Positions 16,400 to 22,692 of a stretch of DNA of 32,000 nt are shown here, one piece after another. This DNA comes from Methylophaga frappieri (GTDB lineage: Bacteria; Pseudomonadota; Gammaproteobacteria; Nitrosococcales; Methylophagaceae). The stretch spans positions 2,340,001 to 2,372,000 of the forward strand of contig NC_017856.1 in assembly GCF_000260965.1 (NCBI RefSeq), in the 5' to 3' direction. A program made the position numbers and the translations under genes. Within the stretch, counting starts at the first letter, position 1. Each line of letters opens with the position of its first letter. The notes under the pieces are model-generated. The model saw nothing but the letters and a program-made list of their open reading frames with translations. It was not told where the DNA came from and ran no database searches.

Positions 16400-17075
16400 T
16401 GATGTGTTAATCACGCGAGAAACGCATATTCTGTCAGAAGAAGAACTGGCTCAGGCTTATCAGCGCTGGCAGGCGCCGAGTATGACGGCGCCGGGCGAGA
16501 AATCGACATCGCAGCCAAAGCCCATCACGGCCGTAGAGCTTGAAAAAATTCACGAGTCAGCGCGCGAGGAGGGCTTCAAGGCCGGTTATGAAGAAGGCCA
16601 TGAAGCGGGTCAAAAAGCGGGACTGGCTGCGGGTAAGAAGACAATTCGTGAACAGGCTGCACAATGGCAGGCACTGATTGATCATTTAAATACACCATTG
16701 CAAGCGCTGGATGAGGGGATTGAACAAGATCTGCTTATGCTGGTGCAGACCATCGCCCAACAGGTGGTTCAATACGAACTGCAATGTCAGCCGGAGCGCA
16801 TACTTGAAGCAACCCGTTCTGCTTTGGCTGCGTTACCCGTCAATGACCGAAAGCTAAAAGTATTTTTAAACCCGAAAGATATCGAACTGGTTCGTGAAGG
16901 CTTGTCGATCGATGCGGAAGATAATCGCTGGCAATGGCTAGAAGATCCCTTGTTGTCACGGGGTGGCGTGCGGCTTGAGACAGCCGATACGTCTATTGAC
17001 GGCAGTATCGAGACCCGAATACAGCGAACCATTGAACATATGCTCGGTGCGGTGCCTGATCATGGCACAACCTGA
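16386..17075 (+). CDS. fliH: Flagellar export apparatus protein FliH
   Basis: About 229 aa. It has a charged helical N-half (EEGFKAGYEEGHEAGQKAGLAAGKK) and a FliH/YscL-type C-half (GGVRLETADTSIDGSIETRIQ). ATG 16386 is used, though GTG 16377 is possible. It overlaps fliG by 14 nt and fliI by 14 nt. Confidence 0.88.
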   Translation: MTSSDDVLITRETHILSEEELAQAYQRWQAPSMTAPGEKSTSQPKPITAVELEKIHESAREEGFKAGYEEGHEAGQKAGLAAGKKTIREQAAQWQALIDHLNTPLQALDEGIEQDLLMLVQTIAQQVVQYELQCQPERILEATRSALAALPVNDRKLKVFLNPKDIELVREGLSIDAEDNRWQWLEDPLLSRGGVRLETADTSIDGSIETRIQRTIEHMLGAVPDHGTT

Positions 17076-18471
17076 ATTTGGTCTCCGTCGCTGGCATCAG
17101 CAGATCCAGGATTATCAACAGCGATTAATGTCATTACAGCCGGAAGCGGTCATGGCTGTTGAAGGTCGGCTGACACGGATGGTCGGCATGACTTTAGAGG
17201 CCGTGGGATTTCAGGCACCTATTGGCAGTCGCTGTGAAATTCAGGCTCGCGGACAGCCGCCTGTTGAGGCAGAAGTGGTTGGTTTTCATGACGATGTCTT
17301 GTACCTGATGCCAACGGGTGATATCCGCGGCTTAGTGCCGAATGCCAAAGTCAGACCTATTCAGAATGATTCCCTGATACCTGTCGGCGAAGCCTTACTG
17401 GGGCGTGTTGTTGATGGTGCGGGCAAACCACTGGATGGCAAAGGCGCAATTAAGGTTAAGGATCGTGTGCCACTCCATGGTCAACCGGTCAATCCACTGA
17501 GCAGAGCGCCGGTAAGACAACATCTCGATGTCGGGGTACGGGCGATAAATGCCTTGCTCAGTGTCGGACGGGGGCAGCGGATGGGGCTGTTTGCCGGAAG
17601 CGGCGTTGGCAAAAGTGTGCTGCTCGGCATGATGACCCGATTTACCGAAGCGGATGTGATTGTGGTGGGGCTGATTGGTGAGCGTGGTCGGGAAGTTAAA
17701 GAATTTATTGAAGATATTTTAGGTGAGCAAGGACTGAAACGTGCGGTGGTGGTTGCTTCTCCAGCAGATCATTCTCCTTTGATGCGGCTGCATGGCGCGA
17801 TGTTGGCGACCAGTATCGCTGAGTATTTCAGGGACCAAGGTAAGCAAGTCCTGCTGTTGATGGATTCCTTGACTCGTTATGCGCAGGCGCAACGCGAAAT
17901 TGCCTTGGCTATTGGTGAACCACCAGCAACCAAGGGCTATCCACCCTCAGTTTTTTCATTATTGCCGCAACTAGTCGAGCGCGCAGGAAATGCCGGTGAA
18001 GGACAAGGGGGTATAACTGCCATTTATACCGTGCTGGTTGAGGGGGATGATCAGCAGGATCCGGTTGCCGATTCGGCGCGAGCGATTCTGGATGGTCATA
18101 TCGTGTTATCCAGGCAACTGGCTGAGTCCGGCGTGTATCCAGCCATTGATGTCGAGGCATCGATCAGTCGGGTTATGCCTCAGGTGACCAGTCGTGAGCA
18201 ATTGCAACAAGCGCAATTATTTAAACAGATTTATGCAACCTACCGGCAGAATCAGGATTTGATTAATATCGGAGCCTACAGCGCTGGCAGTGACCCGCAA
18301 ATTGATCACGCGATTGAAATGTATCCAAAGTTACGCAAACTCTTGAAGCAGGACATGCATCAAGCGCATGATTGGCAGGCAAGTCTGTCTACGTTACAGC
18401 AAACGCTGCAGACAAATACGGCAGGGGGACAAACTGGTTCGATTGGTCAGCCTGTCACGGCAAGAAAATAA
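17062..18471 (+). CDS. fliI: Flagellum-specific ATPase FliI
   Basis: Walker A is GLFAGSGVGKSVLLGMM and Walker B is VLLLMDSLTRYA, giving an F1/T3SS ATPase fold. Start set at ATG 17062 (MAQPEFGL...), because the ORF-track 16963 extension lies inside fliH. Confidence 0.95.
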   Translation: MAQPEFGLRRWHQQIQDYQQRLMSLQPEAVMAVEGRLTRMVGMTLEAVGFQAPIGSRCEIQARGQPPVEAEVVGFHDDVLYLMPTGDIRGLVPNAKVRPIQNDSLIPVGEALLGRVVDGAGKPLDGKGAIKVKDRVPLHGQPVNPLSRAPVRQHLDVGVRAINALLSVGRGQRMGLFAGSGVGKSVLLGMMTRFTEADVIVVGLIGERGREVKEFIEDILGEQGLKRAVVVASPADHSPLMRLHGAMLATSIAEYFRDQGKQVLLLMDSLTRYAQAQREIALAIGEPPATKGYPPSVFSLLPQLVERAGNAGEGQGGITAIYTVLVEGDDQQDPVADSARAILDGHIVLSRQLAESGVYPAIDVEASISRVMPQVTSREQLQQAQLFKQIYATYRQNQDLINIGAYSAGSDPQIDHAIEMYPKLRKLLKQDMHQAHDWQASLSTLQQTLQTNTAGGQTGSIGQPVTARK

Positions 18472-18489
18472 TGCTTTCGGGAAAAATGT

Positions 18490-18936
18490 ATGACGCGCGC
18501 CCAAAAGTTGTTACCGGTTATTGAACTGGCAAAACAGGATGCTGAGGCGACGCAGCTAAAGCTGGCTCAAGCGAATCGGCAGCTGCATCGTGAACAGCAG
18601 CAGTTACATGAGCTGCAACACTATCGTGAGGAGTATTTGCAGCGATTTCGTCGCGTTGATCCGCAGATTGTCTCAGCTCGCAAAGCACTGGATCTGCGCG
18701 CATTTCTGGTGCAGCTTGAACAGGCGATTGTATTGCAGGAGCAACAGGTACAAAAGCAGCATAATCAGGTGCTGCAACAACAGCAGGCCTGGCGTCAGGC
18801 ACGTCAGAAAATGCAAGCTATGCAAACCCTGATGGAGCGTTACCAGCAACATGAAGTACTGTCCGCATCGCGTCGAGAGCAAGTCTTAAATGATGAGTTC
18901 AGCGTGAGTTTATGGCGGCGCCAGCGTAAGCGTTAA
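18490..18936 (+). CDS. fliJ: Flagellar export chaperone/stalk protein FliJ
   Basis: 148-aa Gln/Arg-rich coiled-coil ORF (LLPVIELAKQDAEATQLKLAQANRQL...YREEYLQRF...FSVSLWRRQRKR). It lies immediately after fliI. Confidence 0.88.
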   Translation: MTRAQKLLPVIELAKQDAEATQLKLAQANRQLHREQQQLHELQHYREEYLQRFRRVDPQIVSARKALDLRAFLVQLEQAIVLQEQQVQKQHNQVLQQQQAWRQARQKMQAMQTLMERYQQHEVLSASRREQVLNDEFSVSLWRRQRKR

Positions 18937-18954
18937 TTTTTTCAGTAATCACAC

Positions 18955-18981
18955 TACGGAATTTCGGGGTTGGGTCGATAA
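18955..18981 (+). promoter_or_regulatory. Weak sigma28-like promoter upstream of the STAS-che module
   Basis: TACGGAAT-N11-GTCGATAA. The -10 element is 7/8 to GCCGATAA with correct spacing. The -35 element is only 4/8. Confidence 0.25.
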
Positions 18982-18988
18982 CCTGACT

Positions 18989-19315
18989 ATGCAGGATAGC
19001 CAATATAATCAGATTGCGTTACCAGAACGGCTGACCATCGCTGAAGCGCCAGCTTGTTACGAGCGCCTTGTAGCGGCCTTGGTCGCTGGTCAGCCAGTTT
19101 CGGTGGATGCGAGTCAGGTCACGCGTGTTGACGCGGCCGGTTTGCAGTTACTACTGGGTTTTGCCAGGCAGGCGCAACAATTATCGCTGCCTTTGCAATG
19201 GCAGGCCATCACGCCAAGTCTGCAAGAGGCGGTAGACATTGCCGGTCTGCATGACGAGATCGTTTTTAATCTTAACAAGCAGGAAGAACATGATCAGAAT
19301 ATTGACGGTCGATGA
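18989..19315 (+). CDS. STAS-domain protein (MlaB / anti-sigma-antagonist fold), non-phosphorylatable type
   Basis: 108 aa. The block VSVDASQVTRVDAAGLQLLLGFARQAQQ matches the STAS core (compare SpoIIAA ...DSSGL... and MlaB ...VDTGGLALLL). No good SD precedes the ATG. The 3' end overlaps cheY by 26 nt. Confidence 0.7.
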   Translation: MQDSQYNQIALPERLTIAEAPACYERLVAALVAGQPVSVDASQVTRVDAAGLQLLLGFARQAQQLSLPLQWQAITPSLQEAVDIAGLHDEIVFNLNKQEEHDQNIDGR

Positions 19316-19655
19316 TTCGGCTTCATTACGCCAAATGATGATGATTACCCTGCAAAATGCCGGTTTTCAGGTTACGCAGGCCGAAGATGGTCAACAGGCA
19401 ATGCTGTTGGCCTCGTCGCAGCCATTTGATCTGGTATTGACCGATTACAATATGCCAATTATGAATGGTCCGATGCTCATTGAACGGTTGCGTACCTTGC
19501 CTGGTTACACCTACACGCCCATGTTATTGCTGACAACAGAAACCGCAGATAGCAAAAAAGCCGCTGGGCGTGCTGCCGGGGCGACGGGGTGGATCCAAAA
19601 ACCTGTGGATGGTCACAAGCTTCTCGACACCATCGATAAGCTGCTTAACGGTTGA
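19290..19655 (+). CDS. cheY: CheY-like single-domain response regulator
   Basis: 121 aa with a full receiver signature: D8/D9 (TVDDS), D52 (LVLTDYNMP), T82 (LLLTTE) and K104 (IQKP). Start set at ATG 19290 (AGGAAG at 19281-19286) rather than the ORF-track 19239. Confidence 0.9.
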   Translation: MIRILTVDDSASLRQMMMITLQNAGFQVTQAEDGQQAMLLASSQPFDLVLTDYNMPIMNGPMLIERLRTLPGYTYTPMLLLTTETADSKKAAGRAAGATGWIQKPVDGHKLLDTIDKLLNG

Positions 19656-19661
19656 GATACT

Positions 19662-21431
19662 ATGGCAACCAATGATGTCCTTGCTCGCCAATTATTTGAT
19701 GAAGAGAGTCGGGATTTATTGACTCAGATTGAACAAGACTGGCAGCAGGCAAAACCCGCTGATCCGGCGTGGCGCGCACAAATGCAACGTCAGTTGCATC
19801 AATTAAAAGGCATGGCCGTCAGTTTTCAACTCAGCGAAGCGGGTGATTGCTGCCATCAGTTAGAGTCGTTGCTGGAAACGTTTACCCAGACGACGCTGAG
19901 ACCCCATCAGGTGGTGCAGATCAGTCAGTTGTTATCGCAACTTCACGATCGGATATTAACGCCAACTGCGGCTGTCCAGACGACGGAAGTCAACCAACCG
20001 GAAATTTCTGCCTGGCAAAGCTGGCAGATACAGTTTGAGCCAGCAGCTGATTTTTTTCGCCATGGTCAGGATCCGTTATTTTATCTTAAACAGCTGTCCG
20101 AGTTAGGTGAAATGGTGGCCGAGCCGCACTTTAGTGCCCCGGACTTTGCTGAATTTGAGGTAGGTCGTTGTTATCTGCAATGGCATATCCAGTTGCGCAC
20201 AGCCAGTGATGAAACCGCCATACGGGCCATCTTTGACTGGGTGACAGACCGATGTCATTTGCAAATCAGGCCGATGACGGCGCAAATGGGACAAATGCCA
20301 TCAACCACCGCAAACCGACATCAGGAAAAAGACCAGCTGTTGTCCTTGCGTCGCCGCCAGGATCAATGTCATCACCTGCTGCTCCAATTGGAGAACAGTC
20401 TGGGCAGCCTCCCACCAGCGAGTATGATGTTGTTGAGCCAGTTACGGCAGCTGGGCCAGCAAAATCGACTTGATGTGCAGAAGCTTTTACTTAGGCCGTT
20501 GCAAATCGCCTATCAGCGGCTGCCTTCCCTATCGCATACCCTGGCAGGTCAAACCGGTAAACAGATTACACTGACGGTGCCAAAAACGGACTTCCTGATA
20601 CCGCCCGAGGTGGTAGAAACGTTGGGTGATGTGCTGATACAACTCCTGCGTAACGCGGTTGCTCATGGTATCGAAAAACCGCGACAACGACATCAGAGGA
20701 ATAAGTCTGAGACGGGACAAATTAAAATTCGACAGACTTTAGATAAATTACAGCTGACCTTGTCTGTGCAGGATGATGGTTGTGGCTTGAATGAGACACA
20801 AATTCGCGCCGCGGCGTCGGAGCTGAACCTGCCAGAAAATACTGCTGCCAGCACGTTGATTTTTGAGGCGGGACTGAGTACTGCTGACGCGGTAGATTTA
20901 ATTTCAGGTCGTGGCGTCGGGTTGGATTTGGTACGCCAGAAAGTCGCCGATCTTCAAGGTCAGATCCAGGTGACCAGCACACCTGAGCAGGGATGTGAGT
21001 TTGTGGTTAACGTCCCGTTACAACGAACAATTCTAACCTGCCAACGCGTGACTGTGGCGAGCTTGAATTATTTGTTTCTGGCAACGGATATTGTCGCAAC
21101 CTATCCTTTGCAAGCCTTTGAACAGCGTCATATTACCGGACGTGGCTGGTATGTACAGGTTGAGCAGACCTGGTTGCCATTATGCGACTTGCGCCAGCGA
21201 TTACAGCTCTCTTCAGAAACCAGTGCGGATGCCATCATCGTGGTGTTAAAAGCCGGCAAGCGCCGTCTGGCCGTCACCGTCGACCAACTGGATACACCAA
21301 CCGCATTTTGCTTGTGTCGCGCGGATCAGCATTTACCGTTATCGCCAGCGGTTGTTGGCTTGGCAACGACTGCTGAGGGATTACCTGCTTTGTTGCTGGA
21401 TGTCGGACTATTATTTTCGGAGCGATCATAA
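19662..21431 (+). CDS. cheA: CheA-type histidine kinase (Hpt/P1, unknown linker, degenerate P3, P4 kinase, P5 CheW-like)
   Basis: 589 aa. The Hpt motif is QLHQLKGMAVSF with His46 at nt 19797-19799. The N-box is LIQLLRNAVAHGIE, G1 is DDGCGL, the F-box is IFEAGLST and G2 is SGRGVGLDLV. The C-terminal 130 aa are CheW-like. Confidence 0.9.
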   Translation: MATNDVLARQLFDEESRDLLTQIEQDWQQAKPADPAWRAQMQRQLHQLKGMAVSFQLSEAGDCCHQLESLLETFTQTTLRPHQVVQISQLLSQLHDRILTPTAAVQTTEVNQPEISAWQSWQIQFEPAADFFRHGQDPLFYLKQLSELGEMVAEPHFSAPDFAEFEVGRCYLQWHIQLRTASDETAIRAIFDWVTDRCHLQIRPMTAQMGQMPSTTANRHQEKDQLLSLRRRQDQCHHLLLQLENSLGSLPPASMMLLSQLRQLGQQNRLDVQKLLLRPLQIAYQRLPSLSHTLAGQTGKQITLTVPKTDFLIPPEVVETLGDVLIQLLRNAVAHGIEKPRQRHQRNKSETGQIKIRQTLDKLQLTLSVQDDGCGLNETQIRAAASELNLPENTAASTLIFEAGLSTADAVDLISGRGVGLDLVRQKVADLQGQIQVTSTPEQGCEFVVNVPLQRTILTCQRVTVASLNYLFLATDIVATYPLQAFEQRHITGRGWYVQVEQTWLPLCDLRQRLQLSSETSADAIIVVLKAGKRRLAVTVDQLDTPTAFCLCRADQHLPLSPAVVGLATTAEGLPALLLDVGLLFSERS

Positions 21432-21808
21432 TGGCAAGTTCAGCATGGATGTTATGCCAGCGGGCAGGGTTTTGTTTTGCCATCCCATCAATATGGTCAC
21501 GTGATTGCCTGCCGATGCCAGCGATTGCATTGTTACCGGATCCGCCCCCAGCTGTTCGAGGACTTTGGCATTATGATGATGAAGCGATTCCAGTGCTGGA
21601 TTTGTCAATGATCGACCAGCCTGCAATTCCAACGGCGTCACATATCGTGATGATATCCACGCCAATGCGGGTAGCACTTTGTTGTGATTCTCCACCCGTG
21701 TTTTCAAATAAGCAGGCAGACGCGGGGTTTATTGAGCAGGAAGCATCTTACCAGGTGCTCGACAGCGGTTTTATACAGCGCATTTTAACCGGGGATGGGC
21801 CGGGATGA
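21431..21808 (+). CDS. cheW: CheW-like coupling protein (short)
   Basis: 125 aa. The block GFCFAIPSIWSRDCLPMPAIALLPDPPPAVRGLWHYDDEAIPVLDLS fits the CheW pattern (FaiP...V.e....i..vP..P..v.G..n.rG.iipVlDL). The start overlaps the cheA stop (TAATG). Confidence 0.8.
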   Translation: MASSAWMLCQRAGFCFAIPSIWSRDCLPMPAIALLPDPPPAVRGLWHYDDEAIPVLDLSMIDQPAIPTASHIVMISTPMRVALCCDSPPVFSNKQADAGFIEQEASYQVLDSGFIQRILTGDGPG

Positions 21809-22515
21809 CCAACGTTTCACGGGTCATTGCTGTCATGAATCAAACCCATGATGTCGGCAAAACCTTTATTACTGCCAATCTTGCTGATGCGTTACATCGT
21901 CAGGGTAAATCGGTACTGGTGCTGGATATGGATCCGCAGGCGGATCTGACACGCAGTTTTGACGTGCCATCATCGCAATTTGGCGTATCAGCATGGTTGC
22001 GTGGCGAGCGATCATTTGAGCAGGTCTCCCGTAGCTTACGGGATGGATTGACACTGATTCCGGCCGATACGGCGTTAACCCAATTTGATCAGCAGACTGA
22101 AACAAAGCGCCAATTCGGTAACCGATTATCGACTTTATTACCCCATTATGCCGGTCAGTACGATTTGGTGTTACTTGACTGCGCCGCCATATCCGGTTTG
22201 TTAGGCAGTAATGCTGTGCTTGCTGCTTCCGACATGCTGTTGCCGGTGACCGGTGATGCCACCGCACTGCAGGGAATGCTGGACATGTTGCCCGTAATCC
22301 GCCGAGTTAGTTTGCATCGACACAAAGCCTTGCGCGTCTGGCTGTGTTTGAACCGGTTACCCCGTGGCAGTGATTATGCAGACAAACTGACGGCGATGAT
22401 GCGTAGTTATTTTCCTAAACGCTTGCTACAGACCGTTATTTATGAGGCTGATACCGCGCAGACCACTGTTTACCAGTCCTTGGCTCAAGACTTGTTAGCA
22501 GGCCGGACTGCCTAG
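21805..22515 (+). CDS. ParA/MinD-family P-loop protein with degenerate deviant Walker A
   Basis: 236 aa. The sequence VIAVMNQTHDVGKTFITANLADAL...VLVLDMDPQADLT...YDLVLLDCAA fits the ParA/Soj scaffold. The expected KGG of KGGxGKT is replaced by THD (nt 21844-21852). The start overlaps the cheW stop (ATGA). Confidence 0.85.
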   Translation: MTNVSRVIAVMNQTHDVGKTFITANLADALHRQGKSVLVLDMDPQADLTRSFDVPSSQFGVSAWLRGERSFEQVSRSLRDGLTLIPADTALTQFDQQTETKRQFGNRLSTLLPHYAGQYDLVLLDCAAISGLLGSNAVLAASDMLLPVTGDATALQGMLDMLPVIRRVSLHRHKALRVWLCLNRLPRGSDYADKLTAMMRSYFPKRLLQTVIYEADTAQTTVYQSLAQDLLAGRTA

Positions 22516-22641
22516 AGATTTTTCAGTTACAACGGTGGCGAGAGAAAAGATAAACCAGCCCTGACAGCGCTATGTCGACCAGAGACAGTGAGGCATGACG
22601 GTAATGAGTTCATATTCTGAGCAGAACTTTCTGAGTATGAA

Positions 22642-22657
22642 TGGCACCCTGTTTGCA
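22642..22657 (+). promoter_or_regulatory. Sigma54 -24/-12 promoter of fliK
   Basis: TGGCACcctgtTTGCA is a perfect match to TGGCAC-N5-TTGCA. It lies 36 nt upstream of the fliK ATG. Confidence 0.8.
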
Positions 22658-22692
22658 TAGTCTACGCTGAGATAAATTCAGGATTACGTGAC

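Noticed and set aside
21805-22515. Calling the ParA-like gene flhG/fleN or minD
   Set aside because: FlhG/FleN normally follows flhF and is longer, with an N-terminal activator peptide and a C-terminal amphipathic helix. This protein starts directly at the P-loop strand, is 236 aa, and sits after cheW, a context more like chemosensory ParC-type partners. No gene symbol was assigned.
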